Below are positions 40,201 to 53,983 of a DNA stretch of 64,000 nucleotides, piece by piece (within the stretch, counting starts at the first letter, position 1; each line of letters starts with the position of its first letter). A program made the position numbers and the translations under genes. The notes below the pieces were generated by a model, which searched no databases, was not told where the DNA came from, and worked only from the letters and a program-made list of their open reading frames with translations. Source of the stretch: Blasia pusilla (Eukaryota); NCBI GenBank assembly GCA_050084515.1, contig CM114271.1, positions 17,732,001-17,796,000 on the forward strand, written 5' to 3'.

Positions 40201-43200
40201 TTTATGGTGAGTTTATATCTCACAGCATTTTTTCTCATATTTGACTAATCTTGTATGTGCATTGCTTCATGTTTCCAGCGAGATCGTTGGCAAAAGCCTA
40301 TCCTGCGTCGACTTCAGGTGTGTACTAGACTGTCATCTTGAAGCTTCGGGATTAGTTGAACCTAGGCCAGGGTTGGATATTTGAACCAAAGGTATGCAGT
40401 AGCGTTATAGCTGTCTTGGGAATGGGATGAACTTTCACATTAATTTGACCAGGAAGTTCTTCTTGGTGACACCTATCAAACACTTGGTCAGACATGTCTC
40501 TACTTTCCTTTCTTGGATAAGATGGACTCAATCTATATTTTCGCCCTTAAATATTGCAAGATTAGGAAAAAGATTAATTTAAATTTGGATATGTGTTGCA
40601 TGCAATCTTTGACTTGTAACATGGCTGGTCTCTTCTGGGATGAAGGGCAAAGCAGCCTGCTAAGATTTACATGTGGTTTATTGATTTGAGCACTCGAGGA
40701 TGTACTTATGTTGGGCTGGTTCTATGTAGTTTGCTAAGGATATAGAAGGATGAGAACCCTGGGGACTCACTGAAGTTGAATGCGAAGTTAGATTATGTGT
40801 GATAACTCATCTTTGAAGTGGTTTGTTAATCAGTTTGTACTTTCCCTAGTACGAATTGCTGTGGCTCACAGCTGAATGTCAAGAATTTGTGAGTGAGGTC
40901 TTCCTATCAAATTTAGCTGGTCTGGTCCGTGGACCACCCATAGAAAAGTGTCTTTAGGAGTTTTGTGCGTGCCACACAATTTCCTACCGGAGGAGTGCCC
41001 AAACCTGCCATCTTTGTGCCTCTGTAGTGTCTCTCATGTAGAAAGTCTTCATTCTTCAGGTACTTTCATAATCCAGTATATGGCATACAATCATTAATTG
41101 GTTGCTAGTCCTGTCATTTATGCCTACCCGCAGAAAGATACCGTTCATCCTGTTTTCTGACAATCATTTACTGAGCTTTCAAGACCATGTAGATCCTGTT
41201 TGTTGTTGAGGTGTGATTCAAGCCTATTAAGCACCTTTACCTCCAACATGTATTGAACACTTGGAGGAGGATGATTTTTAGATTTCAGCAGATTCAGCTA
41301 GCAAGAAGTGGCAGACTGTGACAAATGCATACATGGAGCCAGTGTGATTTGGTTCCAGTTTATAATGGTTGACTGACATATGTTACTCTGAAAGAGTTGA
41401 CTTGTTCCATTTCTGCCTGTGACCCTTTCACACTTTGTTGTGTGACTGGTGACAAATGTGACTTTGCAAAACATTCACCCTAATATGTTTTATTTTAGTT
41501 GAGTTCCAGCCATTTGCTTTTTTGTTTTGCCCAAACACAGGAATTGTTACTGGTGGTAAACTGATTTCTTGGTCTTGCAGCCACCCCCACCGGTGAATGA
41601 TACCAACCCATTCAACGTCTTCAGGCCTAGGGAGAAGGTTCATAGACCTCACACTCGACGGGTTAGCACATTCTTGCCTGTGCAGTCATCTTCACTTCTT
41701 TTTGAAATTAATAATTGTTTTTCCTAACATACCAAGACACAATTAATAATTAATAATTGTTTCCTATTCATATGAACTGTTGAAGGGTAGATGGGTTGGA
41801 AGCCATGTTTCTATGATTCTGTGAAGAGTTGTTGTAATGCCAAATTACGTTAGACTTGTTTCAGTACTGGTTACACATAAAACTGTGGGTGAATAGGTGT
41901 GGAGGGACTGATATTGTTGAATCAAATCAATGTTATTGTGTTGTTCATTCATTATGTCCAAAATGATTTTTTTGGGTGTGATCAATTATGTCTCTGTACA
42001 ATAAAGTTTTTTCATCCAGTTTTCATGCTGAGACTTTTGTGGTTGTCCCCACAGATGCAGAGACGAGAAAATGATGTTTCGTCCTTTGAGAAGCTACGTC
42101 AAGTGAGTTTTCGTTTGGTGCACCCATTACTTGCATCTCATCTTGGACACTGTGAAGTCTGTTCACTAGAATCAAGGTCGTGTGGGTGTTTCTTCAGTTC
42201 AGATTTTGGACTCTTTGAGGGGAACTGAATGCTCTGTCGACTCATACACAGATAACTTGGAGAGGCTTTTTGCTTTTTAGATTTGGTATGTGTTTTATGA
42301 GTTTTTTCAGCCTAGTTGCGACCACAGTGCAGTTAAGTCTAACATTATCCATCTGTTGGTATTTGTGCCCAACATTATGCATGAGTGGCGGTCAAGTAGA
42401 TATTTCAGTGAAACTGATGTTGGAAAAACTTCTATCCAGGTTCGTCTTAACTTGGAGCAATCCAGGAACTTAATGCTGGCTTTGCAAAAGGTAAGTCATA
42501 GATCACATTATCCCTCCATTCTGTCAGGGAAGGCAAGTGAAGTCTTGCAGATCCAGAAATACTGAATTATATTGCAATTCTTACGATCTTGATGCTGTGG
42601 TTGTTTCATTGTTGAATCATACATAAAGATGTGGTAGGTTGTGAAAGAATCAAATGTGCCAAACTAATCTTGATTTTATTTTCGGTAGCTGTGATTTTTG
42701 ACCGGGAGTCATTATGTGGACATAGGTTGTCACTCTTCTGTATATCAAACTTGGTAGAGTGTAATGGTGCTGGAAAGATTTGTATGAATTCGTGTTGACC
42801 CAGAAATGCAAATAATCTGATGACTTTATTAACTAGAGGCTTTTGGGAGTAGGAATGTGGGGGCACACATTCTTTTTGCAATCAGGTGTAGAGTGTTGTA
42901 TGGACGAAGTGAATTGTTGTACTCAAAATGTTATTTTCATGGTACATGTGGCTTGATGTCTATGATGCAGAGGGAAGAAAAGAAGCGTGAGCTTGTAGAG
43001 TGTGAAGCAAATCTACAAAGAGTTCAATTAAGGCTGAAGGTATGATCTGATCTCGTTGGTGTCTGAGTGCTGGGCCTGGGGATGGTGTTTAAGGCACTTT
43101 GACAGTGAACAGTTGATGATAGGTAGGCTCTTGTTTCATTTATCTCAGAAATGGAAGTAACTTGTTTGTGCCTGATGGAACAGCATGATCCACGGCTTGA

Positions 43201-43972
43201 TGATGATGGTTTCATGGTTACGAATTCATCTATGTCTCATACTACCCGGAAATTTCCTCCTTCCAAACGTGGAGAGGATGGCCACAATCTGGGACAAAGG
43301 TCAAATTTTGGAGTCGGGACACAAGATCAAGTGTATGGGCCTGGTTGCTTGCGACCACCCTCGGAGTTGCCCACTCCGTTAGGTGAGGGTGGTGTAGGAG
43401 ATCAGTTCGATCGCCTGAAGCACAAACGGAAAAGAAGGCGATTGCCTCCTCCAAGAGGTCGACCTCAAAGAAGGGTGAGCCATTGTGGGCCCTTTTCCTT
43501 TGTTTGTCTTGTCTTTGAAAATCTCTCCTTGTATATGTTTTAGAAGACAGGAAAAGTTCTGACTCTTTTTTTTGAATGGTCCTTGCAGATGAAAGTTATG
43601 GATACATTGGAGCCTGTATTATTGTTTACTAAGCCTTTAGATTCTGAGAAACTTGCAGCTGCTGGCATTCTACCCCCGAAAGAACCCGCAGTGGAGAATG
43701 GTTTGAACACAGCACCTTATCGTTTTCATGGTAGAATTGGTCGGGGAGGCCGCATCATCTTTGATCGCTGGAACCCCTTAACTCGCACCCCAATAGATAG
43801 TTCTAGTTTCCCTTTTACCTCACCCTCAGGAATGTTACCAACTGCAGAGAGGTTTCACCCTCCTCTAGGTCCATGGCTAGACATACATGCAACCACTCAA
43901 ACCCACTTGAACACTGCTCCTGTTGCTGAAGTAGTAGAACACACTCCAAGTGCAAACGCACCATCTGCTTGA
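37288..43972 (+). CDS. EPL1: Enhancer of polycomb-like protein (NuA4/Piccolo HAT subunit), 12 coding exons
   Basis: Exons 37288-37440, 38310-38439, 38617-38719, 39132-39255, 39947-40012, 40279-40317, 41581-41661, 42055-42102, 42440-42490, 42971-43039, 43184-43474, 43589-43972, all GT-AG and phase-consistent. Motifs MSRLSFRPRPLDIHKKLP, EIPTP, VEYDLDDEDEDWL, KPILRRLQPPPPVNDTNPFNVFRPREK, GRIGRGGRIIFDR. Confidence 0.95.
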
Positions 43973-45405
43973 TTTTGGTGCTGGGTGCCAGTCGCAATCT
44001 ACTCTCAGAGTTTGAGGAGTGGGCAGGGCCGTTTCGGGATGTAGAGTTGTTCCTCCTCTGCATAGTGTAGGGCCGGCATTGATGCTCTACTCTTGTACTA
44101 CTAACTTGTCCTTTTGTGCATATTCTCTCTATGGAAATGTGTCATTCCATGGCTCATGTTTTGTCTCGACTATGGACATCTCAAAAGTCTTGAAGTATGA
44201 TTTTCAGAGTTCATGATGCAGCCTTCATATTCCGACTGAAATCTTTAGGCTAGAAATTTTGACTCCACCCCCGAGGGTTTGGATTAAATCAGTGATCCTT
44301 TATTTGGGGTGGTGTCCATCATTTCCATGAGTTATCATTCTCCTATTGAGTAGGCAGAGAATTTTTCCCCGCAGGGTTGTCTTTCTCACTGGTTTTCTTG
44401 ATTGGCCCCCACCCAGGAATATCGCCATACCGATTATGAAGCCAATGCCCAATGTTTCCGGTTTCTCTAATGTAAAAGACCGGGAACCTGTGTATTGGAA
44501 TCCAAAGGCTGTTGAGTATATTATTTTATTACACCGCAATGTCTTCACTTTATTTATGTGCGCATTATAGGAATGTTCCGTTTCTCACATCTGATGGTGA
44601 TTTATTGGACTGCATGATTTGTTCTAGATTGAATCCTCAGAGACCGTTGGCTGAGTACATGTACTATGCCAGCTTCTAAAATAGTGGGTAAAATAATGCC
44701 TCACGTGGAAGAGTCTCTGCCTCTTTCTAGTCAACGCAGAACTTCTGATGGCGCCCAACCTGTCAGTTGAAAAGCCTGTGGGCGTTGAAATCCATCTACT
44801 ACAGCTGCATGCACAGAAGCTACTCGTCCCGTTTGTGTAGAGAATCGGTTCATCTGGAGTGTGGGACACTTCAGAGCGAGGGCGTACCTGATGCTGGGCC
44901 AAAATGGAGCATTTCTTGGAGACATTTCTTGGACTATCTCCTCAAGACACTCGTGTAAGAACCTCATGCTGTACGCCACGGAATCATCCCAAGCCCCGCA
45001 AGACACAATCTACGCGGTCATGGAGTCATCTGGACTCGCTGCACTCAAACCTTGCACAATCATGAACTATTGGTTGGCGCATGAGACCTCCAAAAGCCCA
45101 AGACCCCACTGGAGGTCTTGAAGCCACCTCACCATACTTTTGTCACAAGCAGAGACGAAGTCTTTGCCCTCCCGGAAGTGGTGAAATCACCTCGATTTCG
45201 TCACAACCAGAGACGAGCTCCTAGCCCTCAGGGAGTCGGTGAACTGTACTCTACATAGTAGAACTGCAGGCGTGCGAGCCGTACTGAAACCACGAGCATA
45301 GATGTACTCTTAGCCTACGAGGACCGTTGTAGTCAAGTTACTGCATGGAAATCAGAAGCGTGGGTGAATTCTGAACTTATGAGCTGCACTAAATCCTCGA
45401 GCGCA

Positions 45406-45832
45406 GATGACCTTCTAGCTTCATAGCTGTGTTGTAGCAACAAACGTAGATGAACGCTCGGCTTCATAACTTCAATGAGATCAAAAGCGTAGATGAACAC
45501 CTCTTCATAGCTTCATCGAGACTGCAAGGAGAGATGAACACCTCTTCATAGCTTCATCGAGCCTACAAGGACAGATGAACACCTCCTCATAGCTTCATCG
45601 AGACTGCAAGGAGAGACGAACACCTCTTCATAGCTTCATCGAGACTGCAAGGAGAGATGAACACCTCTTCATACCTTCATCGAGACTACAAGGACAGATG
45701 AACACCTCCTCATACCTTCATCGAGACTACAAGGACAGATGAACACCTCCTCATACCTTCATCGAGACTACAAGGACAGATGAACACCTCCTTCATAGCT
45801 TCATCGAGACTACAAGGATAGATGAACACCTC
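45406..45832. repeat. 41-42 bp minisatellite, ~8 well-conserved plus 2 degenerate units
   Basis: Unit GATGAACACCTC(C/T)TCATA(G/C)CTTCATCGAGACT(A/G)CAAGGA(C/G)A repeated head-to-tail from 45492, with degenerate units at ~45406 and ~45450. Confidence 0.95.
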
Positions 45833-47939
45833 GCCTGCATGACTCATACCTTTCAACATATTTAGGGACGAAGAGTACAGCTTTTTATCTAAAAACGATT
45901 GGGTGGCGAACTTTACACTGCCTGTTGCATCGCTATGCAACCTCCTTAGATTTTCTCATTTATGAGGAAGTTCATGGAACGAACTAATGACGGATGACGC
46001 TTATAAACCTACTTTCTACTCGAAAGTCCTCTTTGTTTTGGCTATTATGAGAATGTGGCCTTCATGAATGGTACCTCACTTCGTAGTGTTTAATGGTTAT
46101 CTTTGCCGCACTTGTGATAAAGGTCGCCATAACATTTGATGTGAGATAGACAACATGTCCATTTATCATTAATGTACATAAAAGTATACTTTTCTCTTTT
46201 TAGATAACCCATATGTATAAGCCATTAAGAGAGTAATTGTTCTTTTGAAAGCTTTCATGGCTAGTTTTCATGGATTACAAACCAAAGGCTGAGTTTTACC
46301 AAACCTTGTAATTTTTAGCATGATAAATAAACTTTGTGAAACCTTTCCCGTTCATCATCTAAGCACAAAAGGGATATGTGATGTACTCATCCATCTCCAT
46401 TATTGTTTTGTATAATTTAGCTTTATGTCAAGTACACGTCTTTTAATGTACTTGACATGCATGTATCCATATTATTCAACGGTTGCCAAATTTGGAAAAC
46501 TTCTATGTTATACTCGTGCTAGCACTTTTCCATGTTACAATTCAGCTTAGTATACTCCGAGTGGTTGGGTAATTTCTGGATGGGAAGACACCCAATTTCA
46601 ATTTACTGGATGAAAGGGCCTTGGACTTTTTGCCATCTTAGTGGATGGAAACATATCAAAATATCTTTTAAATTTTGAGTCATATTATGGTTGTGGAAAT
46701 CCCTCCTATAACATCAGATTTAGATTTCTTACATAATCTCTCATTCAGTAAATGTTTTTGCTTTTTTTTTTTCTCATTTGTAATTTATGTAGTTTTATCT
46801 TCCTCCATCATAAAATTTCCAATATCCTTTTTTAAACTCAGGAAACCCCTTATCTCTGATCCTCAAACTTGTATTATTTGGTAGCCAAATTCCCCTTTAA
46901 CCTTTCATGTGTTTTTCCTAAGAAAAATTGAATTTTTTTATTCAGCACTTGATATGTAGGTCTCACTTCCATCCAAAAATGTTTTCCTCTTGGAAAATGG
47001 GAAGAGGAATGGTTCAAAGTAGGATTTGCATAGAAATTGTAACTGCTTTACTACTAATGAAAAAGAAGACACCACTAATAACAAGTAGATTATTATGATT
47101 TGGATTAAATGAAGGGACTCACAATCCATGTCTATAGGAGGAAAATTTTATTCTTTCTTATCCATCTTTCTTGTTAGAGAATCTATGGGAGAGAGTCGGA
47201 GAAATTATTTTTCACCAAAGGAAATTTCGACTCCAAGGTTTTTTGAGTCTTCTCTCTGAAAATACAAGTCTTGCTCCTTGAACGAGAAATTTCAAAGTCT
47301 TTTGAAGTTCATTTCTTTGTTGTGCTTGACAAGAGACAATGAAATGTTCTATATCCTTAGTGATAGGTATGAGACGATGAAATTAAACACTTAAATTTAT
47401 TGTTTGGTTCGAAGAGGTCGGAAAAAGTAGACTTGTTATGGGTTCAATTAAGGAACCCTTTACCTCCACCTCCTTATTTGAGAAATAGAATATACATCCA
47501 TCCTCTCTTCTTCACTTAGTCTTTTCTTAAGTAGATTCTTCCCTTCATGTCTCCTCATCCACTCCCTCATTCCTTTCCTTAATACTATTAGATGTTAAAA
47601 TAGAAGTTCAAGTTATGACAATATTTTCTTGTAAATGCTAGTGCACTCTAGAATTATGATATGGATTTCTTCTTCGCGGCCAGGAACTTTTGGTACAAAT
47701 TTGTTCTCTATCGAAAGAGCTTAAAGAACTTACTTTGTTATTTCTCATGTTATTAGATTTTTTTTATATTATACTAGTATATGAGTACACTGCATGATCA
47801 ATTGTGCTTAATAGAAAATTCTTGTTGCCCTTAAAATCCTTTCTTGTTGCCCATAACATGAATTCTTTTTCTTGCTACTAGAGTGCCATATTTCAATTTT
47901 TGCTCAAGTTATAAACTCTTATTAGTTTTTAAATTACCT

Positions 47940-47965
47940 TGTGCATTGCACATGCTTCCACTAGT
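47940..47965 (+). mobile_element. Helitron-like 3' terminus
   Basis: TGTGC-att-GCACA hairpin followed by TGCTTCCA-CTAG-T. Confidence 0.45.
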
Positions 47966-50171
47966 TTTATATAGATGGTCAAGCATTCAAAGTCCTTGAA
48001 ACTTGGAAATATATGAAATAATAAAATTTTCTCCATAAATAATTATGGGAAATTCTTGCCATAAATTTTCACCCAAGAGATCTTCCAAAATATATGATTA
48101 GTGATGTTAAATTATTTTCTTTTTATTATTATTTCTAGACCACAAGTGTGTGCCAATGGTGCTCATATGACACGAGCAACCACTTGTAATATACAATGGG
48201 AAAATTACAAGATGAAAAAGTTGGAGAATTGTGGAAGCTCGAATTTCATACCCTTATTCATTAAAGTTTTCCACAGTGCTCTTTCTTTTTCTTTATCCGT
48301 TTAGTACCCTCCCCATCCATTCCTATTGTATGCCCATTGAAATCTTAGTGCTACTTGTGTGAATACATTTGTGGAGCTTACCCATTTGGAAGTTTTTCCA
48401 TATGCTGGGCATGATGCACGTGCACATGTTGAGTGAGAAAGGAAAGTAGGAGCTAGAAGAGGATATTAAGAAGAGTTGGAAGTAATTATTTTCTTTTATC
48501 AAAGGGAACTATAAAACTATTCCTATGAGGAAATTCTATTATCAAAAGTGGAATCCATTGTGGATGCTCCTAATGCAAGAAAAAGAGAATTGTTGTTGGA
48601 AAACCTCCATCATCAAAATGCTAGAATTGATTGAGTTGAGAATAAACTGATAAAAGAATAAAACAAAATGTGCGTTATAGGATTCTGGAATAACTGATCA
48701 GAGTATTATTATTGATTGATTCATTTATTTACTATTATATACCTGTACGTCTGCGCTATCCGGTGCCATCTGTATGTATCCGTCGCAGAAACAGTATACG
48801 GAACCAGACGACCGGTGCCGGAAAGCGAAGATTCTAGAGCACGCGAAAGTGAGAGCGGATGGGATGGGATAACATGGGCTGGCTTGGGATGGCATGGGTG
48901 GGCACGCGATGGGATGGAGATGGCGCTGTAAGTCTCAGAGTTACGTGGTAAGCGGGTGTGGAGACTGGAGAGCCGCTGGCGCTGCCGTGATTATTTATTT
49001 ATTTATTATTTATTATGCGGGATATAATAATGAAGGTAATTATAGGGTCGCGATCAAAAGCCCGCCATCGTCACGGGCGCAGCTCTCCCTCGCTCGCTCG
49101 CTCGCTCTCTGTCTGTGAGTCGTCCCAGTGACAGGAGCTCCAATGCACTGAGAGCAGAGCTCGGCTCTCCAGAGGGACCAGCGCAGAGCGAAGCAGACGA
49201 GAGGAGGCCCGGGGACGAGGAGGAGATTGGGGACGATGGAGCTGTTTCTTGGATGGTGAAGGTCGGAGGAGGAGGCAGTACGGGGCTGGGAGCGATGGGG
49301 AGGGAAGAAGGTCCGGAGCGGCGTGTGCCTGCGAGTTCGAAAAATGGCGATGAGAGAGGTGCATCACCGAGGGTATGGTGAAGAGCAGCGACGGTAATGT
49401 GGGAGAGGTGGCGGAGGAAGAGGAGCATTGTGGTGCAGGTTATTACAACTGCGACGAGCTCGAGAATGCGGGGAGGAGCGCAGATTGGCAGATTCGGGTA
49501 GTGGAAGGAGAGGATTGGAGCTGGGGCCGTAGACGAGAAGAGGCACGGGGCTTCTAGAGGCAGCTTGGAAGTGGAATAGCTCCGTCGGGAGTTGGCGGAG
49601 GAGTAGGACGAAGAGGCTTTTGGTGGCTGGGTTGGACAGATACAGCAATCTGGGGGAGCAGAAGCTGTCGATATCGTGTGGACTCGCACAAGGCTGGTCG
49701 GGATGAGGGGAGCTTTGCGGAAGCTCGTTTGGCTTTTGCTCCTTAACAGTGAGTCTCTGCCCAATGATTTCTCGCGTGTCCGCGGTTGTTTGGATCGGAA
49801 TAGGACTCAATTGGTGCCACATTGTTTCACTGCGACCGATAGCAGTGCGCTGGAGGTCTCCGGCACTCTTTTGTCCCTCTTGCACCTCGAAACTCAGCAA
49901 CACCTATTCTTCTCTCACTCGTAGAGTCTCGGTTTTTTCTTCCATCGTTATTATGCGTGTGCTTCCTAAATTTCTAGTTTCTTTTCCTAGACTTCTTCTG
50001 TTCACCCATTCTCGTGCTTGTCCGTACCTTCAACACATGGAGCTCTGGCTGGTCGACGCATTTCAGTCTCCGAGGCATCTATGGCCTCCTTCACCTCTTC
50101 AGGTGTGATCATTGCAATGCATAGAAAATCTGGTTGGCTCGGCAAGCTAGAGCCTGTATTAGAGCAAGCTC

Positions 50172-53100
50172 ATGGAAGTGCACTTGCATTGGACCCTTAC
50201 TTGCCTCCACACCATCCAGCTGCTGTCGGCCCCATTATGGACTAGTGGTAAACCGACTCCATGCATCAACTTGCTTCAGCGGGGAGAGCTTGCTCTCCAA
50301 TTACTGACGCGGCATGGGCGTCCTTAACTCTTGTGTGATTTTCTGTATAGATTGAGCTCATTCCTTGCTTTGCGGTTGGTTCAGGATCTCTCAAGGAAGA
50401 TATCGAGGGAATATCTCCGCTGCTGGCCTGATTTTGGGTTCGTCGTTGCAGGTACACTGTGTTGTTTGCCAAGATTATGTGCTGCGGCTAGCACGGAGTT
50501 CAAGTCGGCTTACAGTTTCCATAGTACTGCACAAGAAACATTTTCCTCCTACCTGACCCATGAACGCCGTCACCTTCTTTACGCGTCCTCCTCCGTCCTT
50601 GCAACTTTTTCTCCGACAGCCTCTCCGGCTCCGACTCCTACTTCGGCTCCAGCTCCGACTCCAGGGCCCTTGCCCAGTGACCCACCATTGACCATTCCTT
50701 TTATCGCACCATCCCCTGGACCTCTTACCATCCCTATTCCCGATGGCCCGCTGACCCCAAAGCTGTCAGGTACTGCTTCGATCTCTTATACGGGCGTTGT
50801 TGTTTTGGACTCGGAACTCATTATCAACCAGTTTGTGACCGTTGTAATTTTGCGACAATGTGCACAGTGGGGACTGGGCAAATGGTCCCGTGTATAGTGA
50901 CTGTTTTGGACGTCTACAATTGGAGTAGGAAATGAGATGTTTTGAACAAGCTGTAGCTGGGGTGTATTCGTGAGTAGTAGATGCCAAGGGTGCTGTAGTG
51001 ATGATGCACACCTAGAGGTGTTGTGTGGACCATGCATTTGCGCAATCTACTTATTTCGCGTGCAATTGTGGAATAGTGCAGGTAATTGTTCTCTAAACTT
51101 TACAGCAGTGGCAGCCTCTTTTCAGCGAACTGCATATGATTGTGCCTATCCTCTAGCGGCTTACGTAGGGGTTGTCATCTGTTGCCCTCAGTTTGAGAGC
51201 TTGCTGAGGATTATGCAAGGGCAACACATGTCAAGCACAGGTGCTCTTGCTCTCAACAGTACAGAGGCTGTGTACTGCTTCTCTGATACCATGAACCTCT
51301 TGAGCAGCCTGCTGGCCAACAGCAGCATCCCTGCTTTGTGCAAAGTGAAGCCATCCAACTTAACTGTGGCATCCTGTCCGGTCACAACTGTGTCAGAGTT
51401 TCAGCAGCTAGTGAATACGACCTCCTTACTGGAGGCTTGTGACGCTGTTGATAATCTGAAGGAATGTACCTCTCAAACCTGTCAATCTCAGATATCAAAT
51501 GCTACACTAAAGTTGGCTAAAGGCTTTTCAAATACCCAACCACAACAGCATACGTTGGATGATTGTGAATCTCTGGTCCTCTCATGGTTGGGCAGTCAGC
51601 TTACACCTGTAGCAGCGAATTCTGCTCTTCGAACTATCATGAGCTGCAGTGTGAATCAAGGTACACTTCCACAATCAGAATTCTCTTATGCTCGTGAATT
51701 CCCTCACTATTGCCGTTTCAGCAGAGATTGTTTCCAGTCACAATCAACTAAAGGTTTGGTCCCTTCCATAGTGCATGCTTGAGTCGAGGCAAGTCTAGGA
51801 TTCCACTAAAGCATTTCTGGATGAACCTCATTGCTTGGATCAGAGATTTGAATTCTCTGTTGTGATGACTGACCTAGACTTGAGGTTCATATATATAAGC
51901 AGCCCTGCAATACGAATACAAATATGGGCAAGTAGTTCGGTACTACACTAATTCAGGTCACTATAAACTAAGAAAGCTGCGATTAAGTTTCTTTTCCTGC
52001 ATGTTAGGGGATTAGGGAATTGTTGCAGGTTTTGCTATTTTTTATATGAACCCTTGTTGGATATACCAGTTCAAGCTGACAGGATGCATTAGCTCTTCTG
52101 CATCCAAGGCCTCCACATAACTGCCATGCCAATGATTGATGAGGCACCTCTTAGAATCATCACTGATACTTTGTATCTTCAGTATGTCCACTTGTATTCA
52201 GTGATACTTCTGAAGTTGCAAGCAGCTGCCACTCTACAATTTCTTCTAATACAACATGCTGCAAGTCACTGGATGACTACTTGATAGTAGTGCAAAAGCA
52301 AATGCTTATTACCAATCAGCAAGCATACAAGTGTGCTGCCAATTTAAGTAAGAAGTTGCAAAGCCAAGGTGTGACGACAGATATTTATTCACTTTGTAAC
52401 ATTGATCTCAGGGACTTCAGTCTCCAAGGTATGCCATTGCTGAACGTAAGAAGTTGTCTTGTTTTCCCCTGCAGAGTTGACCCTTTTTTTTGCAGATATA
52501 TGGGGTCAAAATAACTTTCTCTTTGGATACTGCATTTGCGAAAGATCTTAGGATTGACACCCTCATACAGGGTGCAATTGTCTGCTGATTGTGAACATTA
52601 TCTTACAGTAGATTTCTTTAGATCTCACATTTGCACTAGTAGGATCTCTGTGTGGTCAATTAAGGAGCATGATTCCTAATGCTTCTTGGCTGTCTGATTT
52701 GTGGTTTAAATGGTGCAATGAATTCCCTCGGAGCAGGTCAAGGATCTGAAGGTACGAGATGATACCATGTCACATTCTTTTTCTATGGTGAAAGATTAAT
52801 CAACTTGCAGTATTTCCTGCTATTGGAGAACAGTTTTAACTTAACAATAGTTTTTGTGCATCTCTCACCTCTTCCGTTTTTTAGGATTGTTTACTGTACT
52901 TCTAGTGATGTTTCCTGTACCGTGATATCAAAATTTTATGTAACATTGTGTGAACAGGTTGTTTACTCCCAAGTCAACCAACAGATGTGAATGCGACATC
53001 TGCAGAGATAACTTTCATTTGTGATCTCAATGACAACATTGGTGCCCAGTGGCCACAACCCCCAATACTAGCACCTATACAATCTAACGTCAGCAGCCCA

Positions 53101-53983
53101 AGTAAGTGACAGTTAATCAAAATGGACTAACATGCATCACTTTGTGAAGTTTTGTTCTCCCAAGTAAGTAATATTCTTAAAAAAATTGGTAGAACATATT
53201 ATCACATGTCATCACCTACATTGGTTGAAATGGCTGTGTTGACCTGTGAGTGGGGCAACAATGGATGCGAGTTTGAGTGGACTAATCATGGTTACAGACG
53301 GCCTAGTTCCTCTAACACTATTTATTATTTCAACTACACCCAATGGAACTTAAGTTTTTCCAATTTTGGACCCACCTGAATTAATAGTGACTGAAGTGTG
53401 AAGAGCCACAAGTCAGGACTTCCTGGCTTGTAAACTCTAGATTAGAGAGGCTGACCAAGAAAACTGCGGGTTACCAGACAGGCTGAAACTCTTAGAGAAG
53501 GAGTAGGGCCAGTAAGTAGAGTAGCAAAAGTTGGAATGGATCTTGTCTCTTTTATCTGGGCATACTAGTAATGTCGTGTGTGGTGCTTGCTGTACAGCTC
53601 CTTCGGTCATTGCCCCGTCGACAAGCTCATCTTACACTGGTGAGTACAAAGTTCGAGCTATCAACCATCACTTGAAGAGGTCTTTCTCTTTTGGCCATGT
53701 TGGTCCTTGTTAATTGAAATTTTCTTGCCCTGTGCCCCTTGGGGGGCTCTGCAGTCGATTTCCTCTGCCTAGTGTACAGTTTCTGTTTCTTTTTTCAATC
53801 ATTCTAAACTGGCCATTGCCATTGAGGTTTTCCCAGTTATTACTTTGATGACATTTTGTACTGTAAACCAGCTGCGGCCACATCGCCTGTCCGACTCATC
53901 TGTTGTGTCGTTTGGTGACAGGGTCAGGACTTGGTATCTTAAGTTTCCTCATGGCGGTTCTGCTATCGGTGATGATATTGTAG
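50172..53983 (+). CDS. Cys-rich GPI-anchored protein, At1g61900-like
   Basis: Exons 50172-50247 (start tentative), 50452-50769, 51082-51660, 52183-52428, 52737-52751, 52958-53101, 53598-53639, 53922-53983. Pro-rich linker, PKLSGNCSLNF, DC..PLA.YVG.VICCPQFESLL, KQMLITN.QA..CA, LC.IDL.DFSLQ, GCLL, F.CDLNDNI.A.WP and a hydrophobic C-terminal tail LGILSFLMAVLLSVMIL*. Confidence 0.88.

Noticed and set aside
9579-43972. Functional chromatin cluster (TE MTase + NOT2 + EPL)
   Set aside because: Proximity alone in a eukaryotic genome is not evidence of a functional link.
45406-45832. CRISPR-like array of short palindromic repeats
   Set aside because: Units are head-to-tail with no unique spacers, there are no cas genes and the context is eukaryotic; it is a minisatellite.
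49054-49903. 236-aa and 179-aa minus-strand ORFs
   Set aside because: Ser/Pro-rich translations of the purine-rich leader of the GPI-protein gene; no recognisable family.
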